DNA from: an uncultured Bacteroidaceae bacterium
GTDB lineage: Bacteria; CAIWAD01
Length of the DNA stretch: 64,000 nucleotides
Direction: 5' to 3'
Assembly (NCBI GenBank): GCA_964568855.1
Contig: CAZMSD010000015.1
Span: forward strand, 15,458-79,457
The notes beneath the pieces were generated by a model. It was not told where the DNA came from. It saw only the letters and a list, made by a program, of their open reading frames with translations, and did no database searches. Made by a program: the position numbers and the translations under genes. Of the stretch, positions 34,805 through 43,920 are shown in pieces (the first letter of the stretch is position 1; each line of letters opens with the position of its first letter).

Positions 34805-37800
34805 CTAGGGTCCCGCCTCAGCGCGCTCGAGCGCCTCGAAGTAATCCCGGATCAGTTCCTCGATGTCCGGCGAATAGCCCGCCTCCAGCGCCCGCAGCAG
34901 GTCCCGCTGCAGGTCCTCGGTACGCCTTTCCAGGTCCAGCGCCGGGGGTTCGGGCGCCTGGAGCACCCGGGCCGTGCGGCTTTCGCGCTTCCTGGACTGG
35001 TCCTGACGGCGGATTGAACGCTGCGCGTCCAGCAGGCGGGTCAGGATGCGCTCCTGCAGCCGCTGCGTACGCTCCGTATAGACCTGGTCCTCCAGGTCCT
35101 TTTCCACTTCGCGCATGTCGCCCGCGATCTTGCCCAGGTCGCCCGTCTGCGGTTGTCCCTCCTCGCCCAGCTTCTCGCCGATTGATTCCACTTCCTGCCG
35201 GATGCCGCTCTGCTGAGCCTGCGCTTCGCCGAATGAAATGGACATGGGCTTCTGGGCCTGGCCGGGTTTGTTGCAGAGCAACTTGTTGCACTGTCCGTTG
35301 AGGCATTCCTGCTTGCTCGAGGCCTGGGAGAGCTGTTCCATCAGCTCCTCGAATCCCGTTGACGAACACGAGTTCCGCATCTGCTGCTGCGCCTGTTTGA
35401 GCAGCAGGATGGTGCGGTTCACCTTGCCCATGACCTGCGGCCCGCGCCGGCCGAGTTCCCCCAGCCTGCGCTCGTGGTAGTGCTCCAGCATGCGGTCCAG
35501 GTTGGAGAGCGCGTCGCCCAGGCTGGTCATCGCCGATTTCGGAATATGGAAGCTTCGCCGTATCAGGTCCATCAGGGCGTCGGCGCTGGCACTGACGCCC
35601 AAGCGGTTCTCGACTGTGTGCTCCGCCAGTTCGGGAACGCGGGCGCTGCGCCGGGTCAGGGTTTTCACCTCGCCGTCCACCGCCTCCTGGCTGAGTGAGA
35701 TCACCAGCAGCTCCTGGCAGACCCGGTCGATATCGCGGCTAAGCTGTTCCATGGCCTGCTGCCGGGAGTTTCTCAAGGCCTGCTGCAGCATTTCCGCCAG
35801 CATGTTGAGGTCCTGGTCCAGCCGTTCGCCGCTCTCCTGCGAAGCACTGTCGCCCGCCTTGAGCTGCTGGGCCATGCGACCCATGTCGGGCGGAATCTCC
35901 TGTTCGTCCATGTGCCCGGCGGCGCGGTCCACCTGCTCCTGAGGGAAGCTCTCGCGGTCGCCGAATTCCTCCTCCAGCGAGTCCAGGTCCCGCCGCAGCT
36001 GCTCCGCGTCCTGCTCGAGCCGTCGCTCCTGGGCGGCCGCCCGGTTCCGCTCCCTTTCGGAAGGTCGGCCTTCACGCGCGGCTTCCTCGTCTTGCCGGTT
36101 GACCTCGCGCTGGCGTTCGAGCAGCTCCTCGGCCCGGTTCGCCAGTTCCTCCAGGCGCTGCTCCAGCCGCAACTGCTCCAGCACCGCCAGGAAGCGGTCG
36201 AGCTGCTCTTCCATCTGCCGCAGCAGCTCCTCCAGGTCGCGGGCCTGGGCGCGTCGATCCTGGTCGGCCGGCTTTTTCCGCGCCTCCTCCGCCGCCTTGC
36301 GCAGGCGCTCAAGCAGCTCGGGATCGATCACCTCGTTCAGCACTTCCTTGAGGTGCCGCAGCTTCTCCCGCAGCTCTTCGGAGAACAATTCGTTGCGCTC
36401 CATCTTGCGTTCGAGGCGCTCCAGCCGCTCCCCCACCTCGGCGGCCCGTTCGATCAGCTTCTCCTGCCGCTTGAGTACCTGCTTCATTTTCTGGCGGCGT
36501 TCCCAGTTCATCTCCGGGTCGCGCTTCAGTTCTTCCTGGAATTCTCGGATCCGTTCGCGGTTGCGGCGGGTTTCCTCGAGGATTTCCCCGGCTTCCTCCA
36601 TCAGCTCTGACTGGTCCTCCTCCACCTCGGCGAAGAGCTCCTCTACGCCGGGCACTTTCACCCGGTAAAGCGCCGTGCGGACCGCCTTGGGTCCGTGCCA
36701 GCCGTCGTTATCGAAGAGCTCGAGGTAGAAGTAGAGTTCGTCGTCGGGCAGCAGGCCTTCCTCGGCCAGGTTCCATTCCCACTCGAGGGCCGCGCGCCGG
36801 GGCGAGCCCAGCGACTGCAGCTCGAGGTCGCGCTGCGCCCAGTCCGCGGGGGGCTCGCTCAGTGCCGCGGGATCGGGTGCTTCGAAAAGCGAGCGCAGGA
36901 CGCTGGAGACGGTCTTGTGAACCATGCGCAGGCTGCTGAAACCGTAATCGTCCTCCGCCAGGGCCACGATCTGCAGGCGCAGGTCGCGCTCCAGCCGGCT
37001 CTCCAGGCTTTCGGGGCTGAGCATTCTCAGGTTCGGGGGCCGGTCGGGAATCACCTTGAGGCTGTGCTTCACGGGCGAGCGGTTGTCCAGGCCCTCCGGA
37101 TCGCTCAGCTCGATCCACCAGGCACCGTCGCGGCGTGCCCTGAATTCCGCAAGGAATTCAGGCCTGGATTCCGGCGGCGGTTCAGTGGCCAGAAGTCCGG
37201 GATTGTCTTCCAGGAGGTCCGTGCGCCGGATTCCGCGAGGACCCTGGATCAGCAGTTCGGCCCGGGCCAGGGTTTCCGAGACGCGCCCCCCCACCTGGAT
37301 CAGGCTGCCCACGGGACAGACGAGATCGCCCGTACCGGGTTCCAGTTCGCGCCGCGGCAGGTTCGTGTAGTAGGGCGGACGGACTCCCACGTGAAAGTCC
37401 TCGAGCCGGGGAGGATCCAGCACTTCGACGACCAGCGTATCCGAGTGAATGTCACGGGTCCTGCCCAGGGTGGTGACGCCGGCCTGGGCCCAGAAGCGGG
37501 TGGGACCCTGGATCTTCAGCCCGCTCAGCTCCGCCCGGCCCCGTCGCACCAGCAGGGGCCAGCTTCTCCGCGGCCCATCCGGCGCAGTGACCGCCGATGG
37601 CTCCGTCCGCTCCGGGAGCCTTTCGGAGAACAGCCTCAGCTCGCCGGGGATGCGGTTGCCCACCGGTCGCACGCAGAAGTTCAGCTCCTCGCCGCGCACA
37701 ACAACCGTGCTGTCGGCGCTGAGTTCCAGCGTGAAGGGCGGCGCAGGCCGGAAATCCCGCAGGGGATCCACCAGGCGCTGGGCGGCCAGGCGGCTGTCCG

Positions 37801-38341
37801 CACCGCCGGCCAGGAACAGCGCCAGACAGGCGGCGCACAGGCCGCCGCCCCAGGCCAGCCCTCGGCGCAGCATGCGGAAGGGCAGGACTTTGCGCGTTTC
37901 CACTCCCTCGAGCGAGGGCAGTATCTGGTCCAGGCTGGCGGCGATCAGCTCCGGGTCGTAGCCCTCGACGTTCGAGCGGCCGGCTTCGACCACCTGGACC
38001 CCGTTCAGCAGCCGGTCCCTGAGATCCTCGCCGCCCCAGCCGATGAGCCGCGCAACCTGGTAGACGCCGGGCCGGCGACGCAGGGGAAGCAGCTCTACGA
38101 AAGGAGGCAGCAGCATCAGCAGGCACCAGGCCGGGAATCCCAGCAGCAGCCACTGGCGCAGCGCCAGCCGGAATGCCGGCTCGTGGCTGCCCAGGTGCTC
38201 GATCGCCAGGACCAGCAGCAGCCCCAGCGGCAGCAGGCCCAGCAGCACGCTCCACCAGGACAGGATCCGGAGCCACTTGATTCTTCGCCGCGTGGCGAGG
38301 ATCAGGCGCAGGACCCGGCTGTGTGCGCTTAGATTCTTCAT
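34805..38341 (-). CDS. large membrane-anchored coiled-coil protein (DUF4175-like)
   Basis: N-terminal transmembrane segments (ILSWWSVLLGLLPLGLLLVLAI). About 500 C-terminal residues of Glu/Arg/Leu-rich heptads (ERLERLERKMERNELFSEELREKL...). 1178 aa. Confidence 0.6.
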   Translation of the reverse strand: MKNLSAHSRVLRLILATRRRIKWLRILSWWSVLLGLLPLGLLLVLAIEHLGSHEPAFRLALRQWLLLGFPAWCLLMLLPPFVELLPLRRRPGVYQVARLIGWGGEDLRDRLLNGVQVVEAGRSNVEGYDPELIAASLDQILPSLEGVETRKVLPFRMLRRGLAWGGGLCAACLALFLAGGADSRLAAQRLVDPLRDFRPAPPFTLELSADSTVVVRGEELNFCVRPVGNRIPGELRLFSERLPERTEPSAVTAPDGPRRSWPLLVRRGRAELSGLKIQGPTRFWAQAGVTTLGRTRDIHSDTLVVEVLDPPRLEDFHVGVRPPYYTNLPRRELEPGTGDLVCPVGSLIQVGGRVSETLARAELLIQGPRGIRRTDLLEDNPGLLATEPPPESRPEFLAEFRARRDGAWWIELSDPEGLDNRSPVKHSLKVIPDRPPNLRMLSPESLESRLERDLRLQIVALAEDDYGFSSLRMVHKTVSSVLRSLFEAPDPAALSEPPADWAQRDLELQSLGSPRRAALEWEWNLAEEGLLPDDELYFYLELFDNDGWHGPKAVRTALYRVKVPGVEELFAEVEEDQSELMEEAGEILEETRRNRERIREFQEELKRDPEMNWERRQKMKQVLKRQEKLIERAAEVGERLERLERKMERNELFSEELREKLRHLKEVLNEVIDPELLERLRKAAEEARKKPADQDRRAQARDLEELLRQMEEQLDRFLAVLEQLRLEQRLEELANRAEELLERQREVNRQDEEAAREGRPSERERNRAAAQERRLEQDAEQLRRDLDSLEEEFGDRESFPQEQVDRAAGHMDEQEIPPDMGRMAQQLKAGDSASQESGERLDQDLNMLAEMLQQALRNSRQQAMEQLSRDIDRVCQELLVISLSQEAVDGEVKTLTRRSARVPELAEHTVENRLGVSASADALMDLIRRSFHIPKSAMTSLGDALSNLDRMLEHYHERRLGELGRRGPQVMGKVNRTILLLKQAQQQMRNSCSSTGFEELMEQLSQASSKQECLNGQCNKLLCNKPGQAQKPMSISFGEAQAQQSGIRQEVESIGEKLGEEGQPQTGDLGKIAGDMREVEKDLEDQVYTERTQRLQERILTRLLDAQRSIRRQDQSRKRESRTARVLQAPEPPALDLERRTEDLQRDLLRALEAGYSPDIEELIRDYFEALERAEAGP

Positions 38342-38374
38342 AGCGTCGAAAGGCTAGCAGTGCCGGTCGCGGAT

Positions 38375-39028
38375 CTATCCGCCGAGGGCCCAGATCACGA
38401 TGTTGGCGCCCATTTCAAGGGCCATGCGACGGACTTCCGGCGGATCGCGGTGCACCTGGGGATCTTCCCAGCCGTCGCCCAGGTCGCATTCCCAGGTATA
38501 GAACAGAACCAGGCGACCCTCGTGAAAGATCCCGTAGCCGCGGGGGGGCTTGTCGTCGTGCTCGTGGATCTTGGGCAGGCCGCTCGAGTAATCGAACAGC
38601 GAGTTGTACACGGGATGCTCGAAGGGCACTTCCACCAGCTCGTTCCCGGGAAAGACCTTGCGGATCTCGCGGCGGAAGTGCTCGTCCAGTCCGTAGTTGT
38701 CGTCCACGTGCATGAATCCGCCGTGACTCAGGTAGAGCCGCAGCCGTTCCGCCTGCAGCTCGCTGAATTCCACCCGGCCGTGCCCGGTCATGTAGAGGTA
38801 GGGATAGTGGAACAGCCGCGGATCGTCCGCCTCCACCACTACTTCCTCCGCGGCGGTTTCCAGGCCCGCTTCGCGGGCGAGGAACTCGAGCAGGTTGGGC
38901 AGGCTGCTGGGATCGGAATACCAGTCCCCGCCGCCGTCGTACTTCAGCCGGGCGATGGTGAAGGGCTCACCCGGTGCCCGCGCGGGCGCCAGGAGCGTCA
39001 GCAGACCGGCGCAAACCAACAGGGCCAT
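38375..39028 (-). CDS. DUF4159-family protein
   Basis: Motifs YPYLYMTGHG and a conserved HVDDNYGLDE...GDGWED. Start moved to the internal Met before the signal-like MALLVCAGLLTLLAPARA. Confidence 0.55.
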   Translation of the reverse strand: MALLVCAGLLTLLAPARAPGEPFTIARLKYDGGGDWYSDPSSLPNLLEFLAREAGLETAAEEVVVEADDPRLFHYPYLYMTGHGRVEFSELQAERLRLYLSHGGFMHVDDNYGLDEHFRREIRKVFPGNELVEVPFEHPVYNSLFDYSSGLPKIHEHDDKPPRGYGIFHEGRLVLFYTWECDLGDGWEDPQVHRDPPEVRRMALEMGANIVIWALGG

Positions 39029-39191
39029 GCCCCGGTGCAACACGCCGTATCGGCGGCCGGCTCTCCCCTCCTCGCCGGCCACAACCGGATGCGTGTGACA
39101 CGCGATCCCGGTCCCTGGCCGGTGAGGTTTCCATTGACTGTTTATCGATGATCTCATAGCGGGATCCAGGGGACGGCGCGGAAAGCGAGAC

Positions 39192-40493
39192 TCAATCCAC
39201 CACCCGGATGTACACATCGGCGCGCAACTCGGCGACCCACTCCTGCATCACGAGCTGCTTCTTGTGATTCAGCGCCAGGGCGCGGATCTGCTCCCAGTCT
39301 TCCTCCAGGCTGGGCCGGCGCGCCGGGCGGTGATCCAGCAGCTTGAAGATCTGCACGCCCGACTTGCCTTCCAGTTCGCCGCGGATCGGCCGCGTGAATT
39401 CTCCGGACTCCAGATCGCGTACCCGCGAACGCACCAGGGGCCGGAGCTGCTCCAGCTCGATCCAACCCAGGTCTCCGCCCGCTTCGCGGCTCAACGCGTG
39501 ATCGGTGCGGCGGCGGGCCGCTTCCGCGAAATCCTCGCCAGCCTGCAGCAGGGCGTGCAGGGAATCCGCCTCGCGGTCGATCACCGCCATGTCCTCGGCG
39601 GTGGGCTCCAGCTTGAACAGGATGTGGCTGCTTTCGATGTACTCGCCCGTGCGCCCGTCCAGGCGGATCAGGTGCCAGCCGTAGTCGCTGCGCACGGGTT
39701 CCGAGATCTCTTCCGCGGCCATCCGGTAAGCCGCTTCTTCGTAAGGCCGCACCAGCATGCCTCGCTTGGTGCGGCCGATGCCTCCCCCGCCAGGCGCGCT
39801 GGCAGGGTCCTGGCTGAACAGACGGGCCAACTCGGCGAAATCAGTCGCTTCCGCGTTCTCGCCTGCAAAGAGCAGTGCGCGCACGCTGTCGGCCCGGACG
39901 CGAGCCCGCCGTTCGCTTTCCTCAGTCACCTTGTATTCGAGAAAGACCTGGGCGAGACGCACGGATTCACCCACGTCGGGGATCGAGTCCTGCCAGGCGG
40001 CGTAGAAGCTTTCCACTTCCTGGCGGGTGATGTCCACTCCGAAAATCTTGCGCCGCTGGAGCTCCTCCACGTAGAGCCGGTCGCGCATGTCGCGGCGCAG
40101 GTCGCGGCGGATCTCCTTCATGGTCTGGCTCATCATCTCCTCGAGCCGGCGCTGCGTGCCCACGCGGCGGATGATCTCGTCCAGGCGGTTCTCCACCTGG
40201 CGATCCACGTCCCGATCGTCCACCACGATCGTGGTGTCCCGTCGCGCCGCGGCCAGGAGCACCTTGTTGTCGATCATGGCTTCCACAAGCTGGAACTTCA
40301 GCTCGTCCAGGCGCCCTTCGAGTTCCGCGGGTTCGATCCCGCTCTCCATCGCGTAGCGCTGGAGTTCCTGTGATACCTCGCTCTCGAGAATGATCTCCTC
40401 GTCCACCACCACCAGCACCCGGTCGAGGGTCTCCTGGCCCCGGGCGTTCAGCCCCAGCAGCAACACGGACAGGAGGATGAGCGTGACTCGCAT
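39192..40493 (-). CDS. SurA-like periplasmic chaperone / parvulin-type peptidyl-prolyl isomerase
   Basis: Signal peptide MRVTLILLSVLLLGLNARG. SurA N-domain followed by PpiC parvulin segments (GGIGRTKRGMLVRPYEEAAY..., GGDLGWIELEQL). Start verified. Confidence 0.7.
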   Translation of the reverse strand: MRVTLILLSVLLLGLNARGQETLDRVLVVVDEEIILESEVSQELQRYAMESGIEPAELEGRLDELKFQLVEAMIDNKVLLAAARRDTTIVVDDRDVDRQVENRLDEIIRRVGTQRRLEEMMSQTMKEIRRDLRRDMRDRLYVEELQRRKIFGVDITRQEVESFYAAWQDSIPDVGESVRLAQVFLEYKVTEESERRARVRADSVRALLFAGENAEATDFAELARLFSQDPASAPGGGGIGRTKRGMLVRPYEEAAYRMAAEEISEPVRSDYGWHLIRLDGRTGEYIESSHILFKLEPTAEDMAVIDREADSLHALLQAGEDFAEAARRRTDHALSREAGGDLGWIELEQLRPLVRSRVRDLESGEFTRPIRGELEGKSGVQIFKLLDHRPARRPSLEEDWEQIRALALNHKKQLVMQEWVAELRADVYIRVVD

Positions 40494-40578
40494 CGTTGAT
40501 CCCGTGGTTTCTTGTTCGAAGCTTTTGAAGGTAGCAATCCCGCGGTTCGAGGGATCGCCGGGCCGCTTCGCGCGGTTC

Positions 40579-41433
40579 TCAGGGAGTGTCCGGGGCGGCG
40601 GGCTCCTCCGGCCGGGAGTACAGGGGCGCCAGGTCCAGTTCGTACTGCAGGTCTTCCAGCAGCAGCCGCTCGAAGTCGCGCTGCCGTTCCAGGCGGATCT
40701 GTTCCTCCATCTTCTGCCGGATCTCGCCCTCGGCGCTTTCCAGCGAGAGCACGAAACCGGCGGGCCGCTGTCCCACGACGTGGAAGAAGATCCAGCCACC
40801 GGGCTGCTCGTAGAGCGGACTCAGGTCCAGGTAGCCGAGGCTAAACACGTCCTCGGCCCAGCGGGGATCCATCTCGCGCCGGTGCTGGAAAGACGTCTTG
40901 CCGTGCCGCACGCCTTCCCTGGCCAGCTGGTCCGCGCGCAGGCGGTTGGCGGCCACCGCGCGATGCAGCTCGGCGGCCAGCGTGGAATCCTGCGCGCTGT
41001 ACCAGGCCAGCTTGAGCTGCCGCTCGCTGAGGGTCGCCCGGTCCTGGTGCCGCCTGTACCAGCGACGCAGGTCCGCCTCGTCGATCACCACTTCCTCGGC
41101 CAGCAATTGCTCCACCAGCACTCCCCGCAGGAGCCTCAGGCGCACTTCGGCCATGCGCTCGAGCACCAGCGGATCCGTCGCGATCCCGCGCCGCGCGGCC
41201 TCCTGGGCGTAGGCCTGGGCCTCCACCCAGTCCAGCAGGTGCCTCTCGATGGCGTCACGGGAGAGCGTTTCCGGGTGGGCTTCCAGGAATGCGCCCAGAC
41301 GCTTCAGAGTATACGCGCTGTCGCCCACCGACGCCACCGCGGGCGAGGGCGCTTGCTCCGGGGACTGCTCAGGCAGACCGCCGCAGCCGGCGAGCAGCAA
41401 GACCAGAAGCCAAGGCAGAAACCAATCCTTCAT
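40579..41433 (-). CDS. lipoprotein with SurA-N/PpiD-like chaperone domain
   Basis: Lipobox MKDWFLPWLLVLLLAGCGG. Helical SurA-N-like region. Confidence 0.5.
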   Translation of the reverse strand: MKDWFLPWLLVLLLAGCGGLPEQSPEQAPSPAVASVGDSAYTLKRLGAFLEAHPETLSRDAIERHLLDWVEAQAYAQEAARRGIATDPLVLERMAEVRLRLLRGVLVEQLLAEEVVIDEADLRRWYRRHQDRATLSERQLKLAWYSAQDSTLAAELHRAVAANRLRADQLAREGVRHGKTSFQHRREMDPRWAEDVFSLGYLDLSPLYEQPGGWIFFHVVGQRPAGFVLSLESAEGEIRQKMEEQIRLERQRDFERLLLEDLQYELDLAPLYSRPEEPAAPDTP

Positions 41434-41585
41434 CCGAGAATTCCCTGTAACACAACGCGCCGGGTCGCGGACATGGCTGCAATATACTTCCCCGCGGCAA
41501 GTCCCCTCGCGAAACAGCTTCGCATCCACGGCCCCCGGGACTCGCCCGGCTGAGCTTCGCTCGCCCGGTCTCTTCCGTCCGCGCC

Positions 41586-42914
41586 CTAAGCGGCCCGTTC
41601 CCGTGATACGGCCGTCTTGGTTTTTCTCCAGAGGATGTCGAGGCTCTCGACCAGTTCAGAACGCGTGAGTCGAAGGTCCCTCCACCAGCTGCCCTCGATC
41701 TCGCGCAGGAAGCGGCGATTGAGATACAACTTTGCCAGAACCGCCGAACCCGCCGTGGCCAGCGCCGCGCCCAGGATGCCCAGGCGGGGGATCAGCAGCA
41801 GGTTGAGGACGATGTTGGCCCCGAGACCCATCAGGTGCATGTATACCGGCACCTTTGGATCGCTGGAGGATGTAAAGTACAGCGAGATGGCCCCGGAATT
41901 GCTGCGCACGATGATCACGCCCACGGTCAGTACGGCCAGGGCCGGATAGGCCGCAGGGTACTCGGGTCCGAAGAGCAGCAGCACGGGATAACCCAGCGCG
42001 AGGATTCCCAGCCCCAGAAGGAAGTAGATCGGGAAGCTGAGGCGATAGACGCGGGCGGCCAGGGATCGGGCCTCGGCGATTTCCATCTCCGCCACCGCCG
42101 GGAAAAAGGCGGTCTGTACGGAGGCCTGCAGATCCATGACACGGGAGATGGTCAGCACGCAGATGGTGTATAGCCCCAGATCGGCGGGACTCACGCCCAT
42201 GCTCAGCCCGACGAACCAGGAGACCATGATGGCGTCCAGGCGCAGGTTGAGCAGGGAGAGCAGGTTGGCCAGCCAAGGGTTGTGGCAGTAGCCAATTACC
42301 TCGCGAAGACCGCTGAAGGTCCAGGAAAGCAGGGGCAGATGCAAGTACCTCAGGGCCACCAGCAGCGCGATGAATCGACTGAGGCAGTAAGCCCCCAGCA
42401 CCGGCGCCATCGACTTTCCGAACAGCAGAATCGCTGAAGCCATAAATAGCAGGGTGAGTGCAGACCTGAACAGATCGATGCGATTGTAACCACTCACCTG
42501 GTCACGAACCAGCAGGATCTGCCTGAATACACGAGTGAAGATCTCCAGGGGAAAGATCAGGCCCACCAGGATCCTGAGCAGGCGGGGGTACTGTTCGAAG
42601 TAGCTTATCAGCCAGAATTCCGCAACCACATGGAAGGCGAGGTTTAGGATGATGGAGTTGATCAGCAGCAGGGGCATGGCCCGGCGAAGGTATTCAACGT
42701 CTGGCATCGCCCGACGGCGGGGAAAGAAAATCGCGCCGGCTTCCAATCCGAATGCGGAGATCGTGAAGAACAGACCACAGAGCACGATCATGTAACTGAT
42801 CACACCCTGGAGCTCCGCGCCGAAGGCCCTGGCGATCAGGACGGCCAGGGCGAAATTGAACACCCGGACCAGCAGCCGGGTGCGGAAAATCAGGACAACA
42901 TTACGAAGCATCAA
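41586..42914 (-). CDS. wzx: polysaccharide biosynthesis protein / Wzx-type flippase (MOP superfamily)
   Basis: 12 or more predicted transmembrane helices. Family-typical N-terminus MMLRNVVLIFRTRLLVRVFNFALAVLIAR. Confidence 0.7.
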   Translation of the reverse strand: MMLRNVVLIFRTRLLVRVFNFALAVLIARAFGAELQGVISYMIVLCGLFFTISAFGLEAGAIFFPRRRAMPDVEYLRRAMPLLLINSIILNLAFHVVAEFWLISYFEQYPRLLRILVGLIFPLEIFTRVFRQILLVRDQVSGYNRIDLFRSALTLLFMASAILLFGKSMAPVLGAYCLSRFIALLVALRYLHLPLLSWTFSGLREVIGYCHNPWLANLLSLLNLRLDAIMVSWFVGLSMGVSPADLGLYTICVLTISRVMDLQASVQTAFFPAVAEMEIAEARSLAARVYRLSFPIYFLLGLGILALGYPVLLLFGPEYPAAYPALAVLTVGVIIVRSNSGAISLYFTSSSDPKVPVYMHLMGLGANIVLNLLLIPRLGILGAALATAGSAVLAKLYLNRRFLREIEGSWWRDLRLTRSELVESLDILWRKTKTAVSRERAA

Positions 42915-43124
42915 CTCTCGGCGCTTTCACAGCAACTATCTCGCAGAATATGCCATATGCGCCGCGAAACGAAGGCGGGTATCGAAGGCGCGGTCGCGGA
43001 CCGCCATTCGCCTCGCGATGCCCGGCCCTGACTGTCGGCGGATAGGCGGCTGTGGTTATATTGTCCGACCGGACCAGGGGCGCCTGGTCCGCTTCAGGAA
43101 CGCGGGATCAACTGGAATCCGATA

Positions 43125-43916
43125 ATGAACCAAGCATCGGAAATCGTCAAGACAATTCTGACTCGTTGCCGGGAGGTCGTCGGTTACCTGTCGTACTTCG
43201 TGCTCCCCAGGCCGTCCAACCAGCGGCGGGCTGTGATCTTCGCCCAAGGCCGGACGGGAAGCACCCTGCTGGAAAGCCTGCTCAGTTCCACCGGATCCCT
43301 GCGCAAGAACGGGGAACTGTTGAGCACCAAGAGATGCGAGATATGGTTCCCGAAGCAGTTCATCAGCGGCCTGTCCAAGCTGTTCCCGGGCAACTTCATC
43401 TTCCATGTCAAGATCTACCAGCTGACCAAGTACCGGAAACGGCCCGTCGATCCGACGGCATTCCTGACCATGTTGCAGGAGCGGGGCTGGAAGATCATCT
43501 ACCTGAGGCGTGAAAACCGGCTCAGGCAAAGCATATCGAACCTGGTCGCCGAGCATCGTGGCGCATATCATAAACTGAGTGGATCCTCAGAAAAGATCCG
43601 TATCAACGTTGACTGCGAGGTCTTTGTTGAAAAAGTGAAAGAGCTTCTCATGTTCGAAGAGCACGAACGAGAAGTTCTTGCCGATCTTGAGTATCACGAG
43701 GTCGTCTACGAGGATGACCTTGAGAAGCCGGAGATGCATCAGGAAGTAGCTGACAGGGTTTTCGAATACCTCGGCCTGGAACAAGGTACCATCCGCACGA
43801 ACTTGAGAAAAATCACCACGATGTCCTTGCGGGAGCTGATCATCAACTACGACGAATTCGAATCCACCGTGCTCCAGAACGGGTGGGGGCACCTGCTGGA
43901 CAACCGTTCTAAGTGA
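43125..43916 (+). CDS. PAPS-dependent sulfotransferase (Stf0-like family)
   Basis: 5'-PSB motif FAQGRTGSTLLESLL, with an RxxxS 3'-PB-like region downstream. 263 aa. Confidence 0.7.
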   Translation: MNQASEIVKTILTRCREVVGYLSYFVLPRPSNQRRAVIFAQGRTGSTLLESLLSSTGSLRKNGELLSTKRCEIWFPKQFISGLSKLFPGNFIFHVKIYQLTKYRKRPVDPTAFLTMLQERGWKIIYLRRENRLRQSISNLVAEHRGAYHKLSGSSEKIRINVDCEVFVEKVKELLMFEEHEREVLADLEYHEVVYEDDLEKPEMHQEVADRVFEYLGLEQGTIRTNLRKITTMSLRELIINYDEFESTVLQNGWGHLLDNRSK

Positions 43917-43920
43917 GCAG

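Noticed and set aside
36695-38332. 545-aa plus-strand ORF opposite the coiled-coil protein gene
   Set aside because: It is antisense to an ORF that has a transmembrane N-terminus and a long coiled coil. It has no start context.
39029-39060. Apparent 1-nt frame inconsistency between my reading of the printed sequence and the ORF-track translations
   Set aside because: Both track ORFs covering this spot (plus and minus strand) agree with each other. This is most likely my mis-indexing of the printed lines and not a real frameshift or pseudogene, so I used track arithmetic for the coordinates.
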